Shown: piece by piece, positions 1 to 9,147 of the stretch
How positions within the stretch are numbered: the first letter of the stretch is position 1
Layout: each line of letters opens with the position of its first letter
Origin: a plasmid
DNA: 64,000 nt
Sequence record: NZ_CP096708.1
Direction: 5' to 3' (one strand)
The notes under the pieces: model-generated
What the model was told of the DNA's origin: nothing
Database searches by the model: none
What the model saw: only the letters and a program-made list of their open reading frames with translations
Made by a program: the position numbers and the translations under genes

Positions 1-22
1 GCTTTTAAGTATGTCGAAGTAG

Positions 23-57
23 TATAATCTATTCATGGAATCGGATAGGCTGATTTC
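23..57 (+). promoter_or_regulatory. Promoter (-10 TATAAT at 23-28) followed by conserved 21-nt box GGAATCGGATAGGCTGATTTC (37-57) at inferred +1, upstream of parA
   Basis: TATAAT hexamer, 8-nt gap, then box. Same architecture at 18415-18449, 20890-20926, 21876-21910. Box is an imperfect inverted repeat ATCGG-N5-CTGAT. Confidence 0.5.
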
Positions 58-88
58 AAATAAAAGCTGAAAAGCTTAAGGTGAAAAA

Positions 89-862
89 ATGAAAAAAATA
101 GTCATTACTAATGAAAAAGGCGGCATTGGGAAAACATCTGTTGCAGTTCATCTTGCACATTATTGTTATGAGCGTGGACTCAGAGTCCTTTTTGTAGATA
201 TGGATAAACAAGGTAATAGTGGTTTTTCTCTTGAAAAAGTTGCTCTTGAAACTAAACAGACAGTTAGCTTATTTGCTGAAAAACAAGATTTTGAAGAGTT
301 GGCAGTTAATTTTGTTTTATATCAAGGTAGTAAAAAATTAAAGCCTCTTTTTGATCCAACTGAAGAGGATTTTCAACTTAATAAAGTTAATGAGTATCAA
401 GATAATTTCAAATTAAACATAGAGAATGCTAGTAAGTTTTTTGATATTTGCATCTTTGATACACCGCCTACTGATGGCCCATTTCAAAGATTACCTCTAA
501 AAGTCTCTAATTTTGCTCTTTCTCCATTTCTATTAGATAAATACTCAATGCTTGGCTTGAAAGGCATTATTGAGACAACTCAAGAAATCAAAGATGTAAA
601 TCCTGATATTCAATTTCTAGGGTTTTTACCAAATATGGTTAATGCAAATTCAGTAACTCAAAAAACCACTTTAAATGAGCTTCAAAAACAATTAGCACAT
701 TTAATGCTTGATAAAACAGCCTTTATTCCCAATCGCTCTGCCATTGCTGATGCCAGTAAGGAGCAAGTTCCTGTCTGGAAAATAGATAAAACTTCGGCAA
801 AAGATGTAGGGCGGAAAATCAAAAAAATCAATCAATTAGTTTTAGAAAAAATGGGAGTATAA
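89..862 (+). CDS. parA: ParA/Soj-family partition ATPase (type Ib, 257 aa)
   Basis: Deviant Walker A KGGIGKTS near the N-terminus. Preceded by hairpin-SD leader AGCTGAAAAGCTTAAGGTG (65-83). Confidence 0.85.
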   Translation: MKKIVITNEKGGIGKTSVAVHLAHYCYERGLRVLFVDMDKQGNSGFSLEKVALETKQTVSLFAEKQDFEELAVNFVLYQGSKKLKPLFDPTEEDFQLNKVNEYQDNFKLNIENASKFFDICIFDTPPTDGPFQRLPLKVSNFALSPFLLDKYSMLGLKGIIETTQEIKDVNPDIQFLGFLPNMVNANSVTQKTTLNELQKQLAHLMLDKTAFIPNRSAIADASKEQVPVWKIDKTSAKDVGRKIKKINQLVLEKMGV

Positions 863-865
863 GCT

Positions 866-2125
866 ATGACAAATTCTTTATTAAATGACTTAAATGTGGT
901 TGATAGCTCTCTAAATACTTCGAATTTGAATGCTAATACAAACTCTAAGCGTAAAACTTTAAATTTACCTTTAAGTCGTATTAAATTGGATCCTGCAAAT
1001 GTGCGTAGATCTTATGATGAAGTTTATATAAACGAACTTGCTGAAAGTATTAATGACGTTGGATTACTTCAATCAATTTCAGTACGACCTGATGAAGAAA
1101 ACCCTGGTGAATATATTATTAACATGGGGCATTATCGTTATCTTGCTCATCAAAAACTAGGAAAAGAAACAATTGAATCTACAATTGATAAGCTGTTAGG
1201 TTCAAGAAAAGTCAAAATGACGGAAAACATGATCCGTAAAGATATGAGTTTGCTAGAAGTAGCTGAAAACTTAAAGCTCATGTTGGAGGATGGACTAGCT
1301 GAAAACCCGAATTATAGTTATGAAGATCTTGGGGCAGAGTTAAAGCGTTCGAAGTCATGGGTATCAAGACGTTTACAGTTACTTGACTCAGACGATTATT
1401 TAATAGGGCTAATGGATAACAAAATGGTGAATGATGCTGAAACAGGAAGCATCATTAAAAACCTATTGGTTGATTATCCAGAAGAAGTCAAAGCGCTTGT
1501 AGCAGATCATGAAGGTGCTATTTCTTCAAAGCTGGCGCGAGTGTGGGCAAAAGAGTTAAAAGGTGAACTTACACAAGAAGTTCCTGTTATCACTGCTAAA
1601 GAAGAAACTGTAAATACGGCTCTACATTCAGAACCTAGTGATACTAGTGTTGAAGAGCTAACAAAACTGCAAAAAGACGCTGAAGACTTAATTCAGAAAC
1701 AGCATGTACAAACTGAAATCGAAGAGGTTGTGCATTCAAATGTTAAAACTGAGGAAGATAATAAAAACTTCAGTACTACATCGCAGAAAGAATCGAAAGA
1801 AATCTTAAAGAAATCAAGATCACAATTCAGTGAACTTGATCAAGCTTATTACAACGGTGTGCTAGAGAGTTATGCAAAGCTATTAGATTGGTCTGAGAGT
1901 GAAGATCAGGAATTAGCTGCTGTATCTAAAGGTATTTTACGCAGTTTTAATACAGAGGATTCTGCAAATCTATTCTCATGGAAATCCTTGATTGCTTTTC
2001 CAGAGGTTATTGATGAACTTAACTCGATATTAGACGGCATGGGAACATTAAAAACATTTGTTTCTACTTCTGAGATTGATGACCATAGAATGCAAGTCAT
2101 TCTGAATCAACAATCTTTAATTTAA
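866..2125 (+). CDS. parB: ParB/KorB-like partition and DNA-binding protein (419 aa)
   Basis: Translationally coupled to parA. ParB N-domain-like motif GHYRYLAHQKLG. Acidic, coiled C-terminal half. Confidence 0.7.
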   Translation: MTNSLLNDLNVVDSSLNTSNLNANTNSKRKTLNLPLSRIKLDPANVRRSYDEVYINELAESINDVGLLQSISVRPDEENPGEYIINMGHYRYLAHQKLGKETIESTIDKLLGSRKVKMTENMIRKDMSLLEVAENLKLMLEDGLAENPNYSYEDLGAELKRSKSWVSRRLQLLDSDDYLIGLMDNKMVNDAETGSIIKNLLVDYPEEVKALVADHEGAISSKLARVWAKELKGELTQEVPVITAKEETVNTALHSEPSDTSVEELTKLQKDAEDLIQKQHVQTEIEEVVHSNVKTEEDNKNFSTTSQKESKEILKKSRSQFSELDQAYYNGVLESYAKLLDWSESEDQELAAVSKGILRSFNTEDSANLFSWKSLIAFPEVIDELNSILDGMGTLKTFVSTSEIDDHRMQVILNQQSLI

Positions 2126-2134
2126 CACTGAGCA

Positions 2135-2156
2135 AGGGAGAGTTTCGGCTCTCCCT
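2135..2156 (+). terminator. GC-rich hairpin AGGGAGAG-TTTCGG-CTCTCCCT after parB (possible terminator/attenuator)
   Basis: Perfect 8-bp stem. Followed directly by the 16-bp palindrome and TATTTTT. Confidence 0.35.
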
Positions 2157-2157
2157 T

Positions 2158-2173
2158 GTTGCGGATCCGCAAC
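2158..2173. repeat. 16-bp perfect palindrome GTTGCGGATCCGCAAC (copy 1), just downstream of parB
   Basis: Exact 16-mer. Classic parS position, immediately 3' of parAB. Confidence 0.9.
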
Positions 2174-2211
2174 TATTTTTAGAGCTGAAAGGCTTAAGGT
2201 AAGGTAAATAA

Positions 2212-3447
2212 ATGAATTTCAATAATAAGCAATTAGGCCATATGGCAACACATTCAGCTAAGCTGTTTCATAGAAAGGGAACTCAACCGCCACTTTGTGC
2301 CCAAATTCAAACTCGTATTCCTAATACTTATATTTCTTCTGCAACAGTAAACTTAGAGCGCTTTACTTGGTCAGATCCATTACAAATCGAGACGAATAAA
2401 AGAACCGATATTGTAGATTTAAAAACAAAGCAAATTACGGTTTCTTATAATAATAATCTTGATAGTGTTGCAATTACACCAATGACGGCCATTGGTTTGT
2501 ATTACGAGTTATTCAAACGCGAAAACAACTCAGACGAATTTGTTCCAGGTACAAAACTAACTGATTTCTGTATCGAATTTAATGACCGAGCTTTGTGTGA
2601 GTATAACGAAGTAATTAGTACTCTGAATGGTCATATCAAAGCATTTTCTACACCTGAAATTAAAGCAAATAGCCTAAGTGGCACAAAGAAAATTTCACTA
2701 GATGAAAACACTTTTGGGCTTACAGTACAGCTTAAAAATGCAAATTTAAGCAGTAACATGATCGCAGTTGGATTACCTAGTATTACAGCGATAGCTGGGT
2801 TTTTTATGTTCATAGAGCATAGGACTGGAATTAAAGCGGATTTTGCAATTGGTATTAAAAATACGATTAAAAATACTGTAGTTGAGATGTATGGCAACCG
2901 TAGTTCATTACGTGGCTTTCGATCATTCATTGATAAGAGAGTTGATCAAAGAAACGGGGATATAGAACTAACTTTTATTATTCGATGTAATTCCACAGAA
3001 GAAGTTATTAATTTAAAGTCTTGGATTCAATCTAATGATTTTAAAATTGCTGGTGGAGATGTCCATTATAAAGTTATTTCTGATGTTCTCTATGATGACT
3101 GTTGTTGGATCTATGAAGCTGACCCTGCCACTGTCCAAGAAGATATTAAGAATCGGGAAATAACAGAAATTCCTTTGAATGCCGATGCACTTGACTATGC
3201 ATTAATACTACATCGAACAAACTATATTGACTCGGATAATAAATATACAGTGTCTGCAAATGGATATGCATTTTTAGGTAGTCCAGAGTTTGACCCTTAC
3301 TCTAGAGCACATTCAGGAATGCATGTATGGGCAGAAGTTATTTTTGCAGTAATTTATCTAAATAGAAATCTAGACCTAAAAAAATGCTTTTGGTCTAAGC
3401 AGGATCGGATTGAAGGTGGCCTACTATGTTGGTCAGCAATTTCTTAA
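2212..3447 (+). CDS. Hypothetical protein (411 aa)
   Basis: Long ORF preceded by hairpin-SD GAGCTGAAAGGCTTAAGGT (2182-2200). No recognisable motif. Confidence 0.6.
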   Translation: MNFNNKQLGHMATHSAKLFHRKGTQPPLCAQIQTRIPNTYISSATVNLERFTWSDPLQIETNKRTDIVDLKTKQITVSYNNNLDSVAITPMTAIGLYYELFKRENNSDEFVPGTKLTDFCIEFNDRALCEYNEVISTLNGHIKAFSTPEIKANSLSGTKKISLDENTFGLTVQLKNANLSSNMIAVGLPSITAIAGFFMFIEHRTGIKADFAIGIKNTIKNTVVEMYGNRSSLRGFRSFIDKRVDQRNGDIELTFIIRCNSTEEVINLKSWIQSNDFKIAGGDVHYKVISDVLYDDCCWIYEADPATVQEDIKNREITEIPLNADALDYALILHRTNYIDSDNKYTVSANGYAFLGSPEFDPYSRAHSGMHVWAEVIFAVIYLNRNLDLKKCFWSKQDRIEGGLLCWSAIS

Positions 3448-3717
3448 TTGGATAACTTAGACTTCTATTGTTTATGTAATTAAAGCTACTTAACGGGCCA
3501 AAAAGGTAAGGATATGTCGGCTAAGGAAGAGATAAATGAACCTGAAGAAATCCCAGTTTTATCAATGAATGGTTTAATCCGTGAATGTAAAAAAGGTGAA
3601 TTATTTAAATGTTCAATGTGTAATCAGGTATTTAATACAAGTGAAGAAGATCCGATAGCACACTCAATGTTGTGCACTGGTTTCTAGGTTTAAAGCTGAA
3701 AAGCTGGAGGTGTTAAT

Positions 3718-4017
3718 TTGAAATATCAAAATGGGTTTAGTGATTTAATCGTTCCTATCATATTGGCTATTATCTTTCTTGCTATTTATTGGGTAGTTGA
3801 CCTTCATCCACCTGGTGAATGGAAAGCGAAAGATGATCAAATTAAGAGTGTTAATGAGGTATTAGAAAAATCTCAAAATCAACCATTCGCAAATGAGATT
3901 AAGAAACTAGCACTTAAAGCTCAAGAGGATGGGCAAATAACACGAGACGAAGCTGAGTTAATTATAGCGGAGTATGATAAACAACTGATTAAACACAATA
4001 TTAATAAATTAAATTAA
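3718..4017 (+). CDS. Small N-terminally membrane-anchored protein (99 aa), paralog of 4057-4368
   Basis: TTG start after hairpin-SD AGCTGAAAAGCTGGAGGTG (3694-3712). Shares PPGE, K-VN-LE-S-NQPF and DG-IT..E-ELI motifs with the next ORF. Confidence 0.6.
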   Translation: MKYQNGFSDLIVPIILAIIFLAIYWVVDLHPPGEWKAKDDQIKSVNEVLEKSQNQPFANEIKKLALKAQEDGQITRDEAELIIAEYDKQLIKHNINKLN

Positions 4018-4056
4018 AGAAATAATTATGAGCCAGAAGGCTTAAGGTGTTTCATT

Positions 4057-4368
4057 ATGAAAAATCAGAAAGGTTTTATTCAAATTGGCATTGTTGAAAT
4101 TGTTTCTACTTTGCTACTTACAGGAGTCATATATTTTTCTTTAAACCCCCCTGGTGAAGACAAGGCATCGAATGATGAGTTGAAAAAGGTAAATAGTATT
4201 TTAGAGCAATCAATAAATCAGCCTTTTTCGCAAGAAATGAAACGAGTTTTTAATGAAGTTCAAAGTGACGGAACAATTACCCAAAACGAAGTTGAATTAA
4301 TCGAAAACGAATTTGAGCGTCTGAAGTTGAAACAGAATGCTTTAAAGCTCAATGAACCAAACAAATGA
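4057..4368 (+). CDS. Small membrane-anchored protein (103 aa), paralog of 3718-4017
   Basis: Hairpin-SD GAGCCAGAAGGCTTAAGGTG (4030-4049). Clear paralogy to the previous ORF. Confidence 0.6.
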   Translation: MKNQKGFIQIGIVEIVSTLLLTGVIYFSLNPPGEDKASNDELKKVNSILEQSINQPFSQEMKRVFNEVQSDGTITQNEVELIENEFERLKLKQNALKLNEPNK

Positions 4369-4394
4369 GCCAGACGGCTTAATGTGTAAATATT

Positions 4395-5003
4395 ATGAGG
4401 TTTAAAATGTTAAAAATTTTCTCAAAAAAAACTATTTTAGCAATTATGATCGGGGCCAATATCGTTTCAATGGCTTCCGTTGTACATGCAGGCTCTAAGT
4501 CTAGTAGCAGAAGTTCATATTCTTCAAGTTCTTCAAAAAGTAGCTCGTACTCTTCAAGTAGTCGTAGCTCTTATACGTCTACTCCTTCCAGTAGCTCATA
4601 TATTTCAAGTGCTCGTAGCTCATACACAACAAGTACACCATCTAAAACGTCTGTATATACCCCTGTAACTAAGACGACAGTACCAAAGACTGCACCGTAT
4701 AACCATGAAGCTAAAAAAACATCTAATGTCAAAGCAAGTCCAATAGGTAATAAATCTACAGGACAAAGCTATAGCACATTAAAAAATACTAAATATAAGA
4801 AAGGATCTAGTAACTTTCTATCTTTGGTTTTACTTGCTTGGATTTTGTCAGATTCAAATGACTCTAAAGCGTCTACTTCAACAACAAAAGAAGTCGTGGT
4901 TGATTGTAAACAATGGCTTAAAGATAACCCTCATAAACCTAATGACCTCTCAAATGACGAGTATCAAAAAATTAAAAAATATTGTGAAACTATAGCCAAT
5001 TAA
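4395..5003 (+). CDS. Secreted Ser/Tyr/Thr-rich low-complexity protein (202 aa)
   Basis: Signal peptide, then a long (S)n-Y/R/K repeat region. Hairpin-SD GAGCCAGACGGCTTAATGTG (4367-4386). Confidence 0.5.
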   Translation: MRFKMLKIFSKKTILAIMIGANIVSMASVVHAGSKSSSRSSYSSSSSKSSSYSSSSRSSYTSTPSSSSYISSARSSYTTSTPSKTSVYTPVTKTTVPKTAPYNHEAKKTSNVKASPIGNKSTGQSYSTLKNTKYKKGSSNFLSLVLLAWILSDSNDSKASTSTTKEVVVDCKQWLKDNPHKPNDLSNDEYQKIKKYCETIAN

Positions 5004-5060
5004 GATTAATAAGGGCTGCATTCTTATTTGACTGTGGCCCATTAAAAAGAGAATTAATAT

Positions 5061-5336
5061 ATGCAAAATATAATATTTGTATTTCCATTTATTATGATTC
5101 TAGCAGTCGGAATGGCATGGAAGTATAGGGATGATCCTACAAAGCCTTTTGAAGATGCTATGACATTCGGGTGGTGGGGATTTGGTATAACCTTAATACT
5201 TACAATTATTGTAGCTGTGACATCAAATAAAGAGCATCCAGATTATGTAGCCCGTGTAATTCATTTTGCATCAATGCCAGCCATTACTTTAGTTTTTCTT
5301 GGCGCAGTAGCTTTAATGAAAAGTTCAGTAGGATAA
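5061..5336 (+). CDS. Small integral membrane protein (91 aa)
   Basis: Three predicted TM segments. RBS present. Confidence 0.45.
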   Translation: MQNIIFVFPFIMILAVGMAWKYRDDPTKPFEDAMTFGWWGFGITLILTIIVAVTSNKEHPDYVARVIHFASMPAITLVFLGAVALMKSSVG

Positions 5337-5399
5337 TTTTAAATCTAAATATACAAGATAAAGTCATTAATGAGCCATAAGGCTTAAGGAGTAATTCAT

Positions 5400-5918
5400 A
5401 TGAATCAAGATCTATATGTTCAACCATATAAACAAGCAAAATTTTCTAAATACATTGATTTATTTACAAATTTTTCTAAAATTGTAACGATCATAATCAT
5501 TGTTTTAGCGATGAGTGATGCTTATATTTTTAAAATGGGTTATGGAATAAAACTATTTACTGAGCCTGCTTATGTACTAAGTTTTTTATCTTTTGCAATA
5601 ATTATACTTGGTTTAACAGTTTTTAATGGTGCAGATTATAGAAGTAAAATAAGCTCAGAAAAAACATATAAACTTATTGGTGAACTTTCTGTTGAGAAGG
5701 CAAAAAATAATATTATTTATATATTAAAGGTTAATAGTGAGCTGACTATTGGTGAGTTAAGGTCTCTGAAACATGCAATGAATGAAGAGGTAAAAAAACT
5801 ATATACAGAAGGTTATAAGGAAATATTAGACAAAGAAATTGATTTAATAAATATGAATCATAATGAAATTAAATTGAGAGAGCGAGATATTCAATTAATT
5901 GGTGAGTATCTGTCCTAA
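5400..5918 (+). CDS. Membrane protein (172 aa)
   Basis: Hairpin-SD GAGCCATAAGGCTTAAGGAG (5372-5391). Two TM helices. Confidence 0.55.
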   Translation: MNQDLYVQPYKQAKFSKYIDLFTNFSKIVTIIIIVLAMSDAYIFKMGYGIKLFTEPAYVLSFLSFAIIILGLTVFNGADYRSKISSEKTYKLIGELSVEKAKNNIIYILKVNSELTIGELRSLKHAMNEEVKKLYTEGYKEILDKEIDLINMNHNEIKLRERDIQLIGEYLS

Positions 5919-5984
5919 ATCCTCTATAATTATTTGACGTATTATTTTTAATTTTATTGAGCTATACAGCTTAAGGTGAATCAA

Positions 5985-6485
5985 ATGGATAAATTTTTTC
6001 AAACATCTTTTTTCGATTTTCTTTTCAATTATATATTTTCATCTCCCTGGATATATGGTGGCCTAACAGTATTGGGATTTGTCACTCTTTTAGTTGCCTA
6101 TGCAACACATATTGACAATATTCAAAGGAAATCAAAATCAAGAAGTGAATTTGAAAAGGCAGAAGATGACAATCCTCTTTCAGATTCCGTTCTAGTTAAT
6201 GTACTTGGTGGTCTATTTATTGGTTTTATCGTAATAGTTTTAATTGCTGGTTATTGGACGATAGATACTGATTCCGATGATCAAAAAGATATGCGCGAAT
6301 TTCTTATCGAAGCGAGTTTTGCTGATACCTCTTTAAAATTAACGGCGCTCGAAGCATATGAATACTATATTCAGGATCAAACCGTTAAAAATTGGGAATA
6401 CCGTGCTTTTAAAGATGGGTTAGTAAAGTTGAAAAATGAAGATGCTAAATATCAGGTTCGTAAAGCATTTTTGATTGAAAATTAA
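5985..6485 (+). CDS. Membrane protein (about 166 aa)
   Basis: Hairpin-SD GAGCTATACAGCTTAAGGTG (5959-5978). The ATG at 5985 is preferred over the GTG at 5976, which lies inside the SD. Confidence 0.5.
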   Translation: MDKFFQTSFFDFLFNYIFSSPWIYGGLTVLGFVTLLVAYATHIDNIQRKSKSRSEFEKAEDDNPLSDSVLVNVLGGLFIGFIVIVLIAGYWTIDTDSDDQKDMREFLIEASFADTSLKLTALEAYEYYIQDQTVKNWEYRAFKDGLVKLKNEDAKYQVRKAFLIEN

Positions 6486-6498
6486 GTCATTTGTTAAT

Positions 6499-6514
6499 GT
6501 TGCGGATCCGCAAC
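6499..6514. repeat. 16-bp palindrome GTTGCGGATCCGCAAC (copy 2)
   Basis: Exact 16-mer, 4 nt upstream of hairpin-SD GAGCCGATAGGCTTAAGGG (6519-6537). Confidence 0.9.
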
Positions 6515-6544
6515 TCATGAGCCGATAGGCTTAAGGGATTTTAT

Positions 6545-7108
6545 ATGAAATTTAATATTGCTTTATTTCCAGTCGCACTAATAATTTCAGGGTGTACTGT
6601 TCAATCAGATAGTACATATAACTTAGCTCTTGATGAAATGACTCCAAAAGTTATAGAAATGACTTTAGACAAATATCAAAGCCAAGTAGTACAGGTACAA
6701 TCTGAATTTTATTTACCACCATTTAAAAAGAATACTGCACACTTTAATAATTGTGACGGTGAGTTTATTCCGAGAGAATTAATTAAATATGTGCCGTTTA
6801 TTTCTTCTGAAAAACATTACTTTGTCTCAAATTCTGTTAATCAACCAGAGGTATTACAAAAATTCCACCAATGCTTATTAACTGAATTTAATAAGTCTCC
6901 AGTTCCAAAGGAGGAAGCAGATAAGTTTATTAAGTCAATTCAATTGGCTAATGTAAAATCTAATCCTGAAATTAATGCAAAAGTTAATGAAATCACACAA
7001 GATAATATTTTAACTTTTGGTGAGTTGGTTGAACTCTATAACTTGTTGAACAATAAAGTTCCCTTAAGTACTGCTACTTCTTTAAAAGATGCTTTCAAAC
7101 CTAATTAA
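6545..7108 (+). CDS. Lipoprotein (187 aa)
   Basis: Signal peptide with lipobox ISGC. Preceded by palindrome plus hairpin-SD. Confidence 0.6.
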   Translation: MKFNIALFPVALIISGCTVQSDSTYNLALDEMTPKVIEMTLDKYQSQVVQVQSEFYLPPFKKNTAHFNNCDGEFIPRELIKYVPFISSEKHYFVSNSVNQPEVLQKFHQCLLTEFNKSPVPKEEADKFIKSIQLANVKSNPEINAKVNEITQDNILTFGELVELYNLLNNKVPLSTATSLKDAFKPN

Positions 7109-7176
7109 AGAACGACAAATACTGTTTGAGATTCTTAAAGTTCTGCCCAGGCAAATCCCCAAAAGAGGAATAAGAT

Positions 7177-7449
7177 ATGTTAGTAACTCAATATTTACCT
7201 GATTTAGATAAAATAAAATCTAAAAGGAGTTCGGAAGCACCATTTCGATATTGGTTGGAAAATATTCTCAAGCGTAGTGATAAGTTGCCGCGTGGTAAGT
7301 TTTTTAAGGGAAAAGTAGGAGGTAAGCCCCTAAGAATTATTGATGAATATTGGATGACTAGAGATTTTGACATGGAACTTTCTATTTTCGCTAAACCAAG
7401 ATATGGATTGGGCCTAATAAATATTGATTCAGAGAATAGCCAAACTTAA
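7177..7449 (+). CDS. Hypothetical protein (90 aa)
   Basis: RBS AAGAGGA. No leader motif. Confidence 0.4.
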   Translation: MLVTQYLPDLDKIKSKRSSEAPFRYWLENILKRSDKLPRGKFFKGKVGGKPLRIIDEYWMTRDFDMELSIFAKPRYGLGLINIDSENSQT

Positions 7450-7499
7450 AAAGAATAATGGTTATTTACCACATAAGCTGAAAAGCTGGAGGAGTTTTA

Positions 7500-7766
7500 A
7501 TGAAATCAGAAATTGTGACTGTTTTAATAGTTCTTTTAATTGTTTTTGGTTGGATTGGTATTTCATTGAAATGGCAATATGAAAACGATTTAGATAAATC
7601 TAAGCAAGAGAAAGCATTTATTCAACAGCTCAACAATGAAAAATGCAAACTAGTAGAAGTCTTGGCTGCTGACAGTGTGTTTGGATCTCCACGCTATAAA
7701 TATCTATGTAAAGATAAAAGCTACACCTTAAATGTAGATCTCTCCAATGTTTTAACATCTAAATGA
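7500..7766 (+). CDS. Small membrane-anchored protein (88 aa)
   Basis: Hairpin-SD AGCTGAAAAGCTGGAGGAG (7477-7495). N-terminal TM helix. Confidence 0.55.
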   Translation: MKSEIVTVLIVLLIVFGWIGISLKWQYENDLDKSKQEKAFIQQLNNEKCKLVEVLAADSVFGSPRYKYLCKDKSYTLNVDLSNVLTSK

Positions 7767-7847
7767 ACTTGCTTGCAAAATAGCCTAAGTAGAACTTGGG
7801 CTATCAAATAATGAATTTAATAAGCTGAAAAGCTGGAGGTGTCTTTT

Positions 7848-7967
7848 ATGAGTCTATATTTCAAAAAAATTGTCGTATTCTCTCTTATCAGCCTATTTGT
7901 TTCGGGTTGTGAAGTACCTGAATCAAAAAAGCAAGCAGCGCGTGATGCAGTTATTAATGAACATCTA
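7848..7967 (+). pseudogene. 5' part of a lipoprotein gene interrupted by Tn2009 (continues at 16392-16856)
   Basis: Hairpin-SD at 7824-7842. Signal peptide plus lipobox VSGC. The reading frame continues across the 9-bp target duplication into 16392 onward. Confidence 0.7.
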
Positions 7968-8038
7968 CTCTGTACACGACAAAAATAGATAACTCATTGA
8001 AATAATGTCATAATAATTGTTTTCTAACGACGAATACT

Positions 8039-8608
8039 ATGACACATCTCAATGAGTTATATCTTATCTTAAACAAATCTCTAAAATGGAACAAGTCACA
8101 TTTAAAGTGCTTTGCGCTCATCATGCTTGTGATTATTTTAAAGCAAACATGTAATCTTTCTTCTGCATCTAAAGCCTTGCCCATCAAGTGCTTACCACAA
8201 TCATTTTATCGACGTATGCAGCGCTTCTTTGCAGGTCAGTATTTTGATTATCGTCAAATTTCTCAGTTGATTTTCAATATGTTTTCATTCGACCAAGTGC
8301 AACTGACTTTAGATAGAACCAATTGGAAATGGGGAAAACGAAATATTAATATCCTGATGCTCGCAATCGTTTATCGTGGAATAGCGATACCTATCCTTTG
8401 GACATTGCTTAATAAACGTGGAAATTCAGATACGAAAGAGCGCATTGCTTTGATTCAACGCTTTATAGCCATTTTTGGTAAAGACCGTATTGTGAATGTG
8501 TTCGCAGACAGAGAGTTTATCGGTGAGCAGTGGTTTACATGGTTAATTGAACAAGACATCAACTTCTGCATTCGTGTTAAAAAAACTTCATTGTCACCAA
8601 TCATTTAG
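8039..8608 (+). CDS. tnpA: ISAba1 transposase OrfA (189 aa)
   Basis: MTHLNELYLILNK...; recognised ISAba1 sequence. Confidence 0.9.
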   Translation: MTHLNELYLILNKSLKWNKSHLKCFALIMLVIILKQTCNLSSASKALPIKCLPQSFYRRMQRFFAGQYFDYRQISQLIFNMFSFDQVQLTLDRTNWKWGKRNINILMLAIVYRGIAIPILWTLLNKRGNSDTKERIALIQRFIAIFGKDRIVNVFADREFIGEQWFTWLIEQDINFCIRVKKTSLSPII

Positions 8609-8682
8609 GAAAGAATCATAAAATTAGTGATTTATTTCGCCATCTTAAAGTTGGTCAAATTGAATGTCGTAAACGACGGATT

Positions 8683-9129
8683 TTGGTTGGTCGGGTGAAA
8701 CTATATATAAGTGCACTACAGTTAGAAAATGGAGAGCTTTTACTCGTCGTTTCTCCTCAGTTTAATGCCAATGCTATTCAGGATTATGCATTACGCTGGG
8801 AAATTGAAACCTTATTCAGTTGTCTCAAAGGACGCGGGTTTAATCTTGAAAATACGCGCTTGACAGACCCTAGACGAGTGAAAAAATTGATTGCGGTGTT
8901 AGCTATAAGCTTCTGTTGGTGTTACTTAACGGGTGAATGGCAACATGATCAAAAAAAAGCGATAAAAATAAAGAAGCATGGACGACTCTCAATGAGTTTA
9001 TTTCGCTATGGTTTAGACTATGTTCAAATGGCGATTCAGCGTTTAATTGGTTTTGGGAAAAAAGAAGAGTTTAAGGAAATTTTGGCAATTTTAAGAAGGC
9101 AGAATCCTGATAGGATAAGGGTTCTGTGA
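8683..9129 (+). CDS. tnpA: ISAba1 transposase OrfB part (148 aa)
   Basis: Second frame of ISAba1. Confidence 0.85.
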   Translation: MVGRVKLYISALQLENGELLLVVSPQFNANAIQDYALRWEIETLFSCLKGRGFNLENTRLTDPRRVKKLIAVLAISFCWCYLTGEWQHDQKKAIKIKKHGRLSMSLFRYGLDYVQMAIQRLIGFGKKEEFKEILAILRRQNPDRIRVL

Positions 9130-9147
9130 AATTTGTCGTGTACAGAG

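Larger units (their letters stand above)
7968..9147 (+). mobile_element. ISAba1 (IS4 family), copy 1, 1180 bp
   Basis: Termini CTCTGTACACGAC...GTCGTGTACAGAG. Two transposase ORFs. Confidence 0.95.

Noticed and set aside
1906-2100. Short antisense or alternative-frame ORFs embedded in confident genes. Examples: 1906-2100, 2631-2930, 4480-4668, 7188-7373, 9880-10062, 13244-13474, 14810-15013, 24763-25124, 25479-25724, 26458-27032, 27077-27765, 40154-40426, 40885-41552, 45715-45909, 47834-48043, 49851-50036, 52287-52484, 55720-56010, 56520-57011, 57385-57636, 59879-60327.
   Set aside because: They are fully nested in longer ORFs with clear motifs or context. They have no RBS or leader motif. 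Several are merely the mirror image of repetitive coding sequence, such as the traI tandem repeats.
5976-5984. Track start codons at 5976, 18977 and 53053 (GTG or ATG inside the AAGGTG SD).
   Set aside because: These would leave no spacing to a ribosome-binding site. The next in-frame ATG, 7-12 nt downstream, gives normal SD spacing and sensible N-termini.
2212-7967. Integron-like cassette array (small unidirectional ORFs separated by conserved junction motifs).
   Set aside because: There is no intI, attI or Pc, and no attC-type imperfect IRs 3' of ORFs. The conserved element is 5' of each ORF and includes the SD, so it looks like a leader rather than a recombination site.
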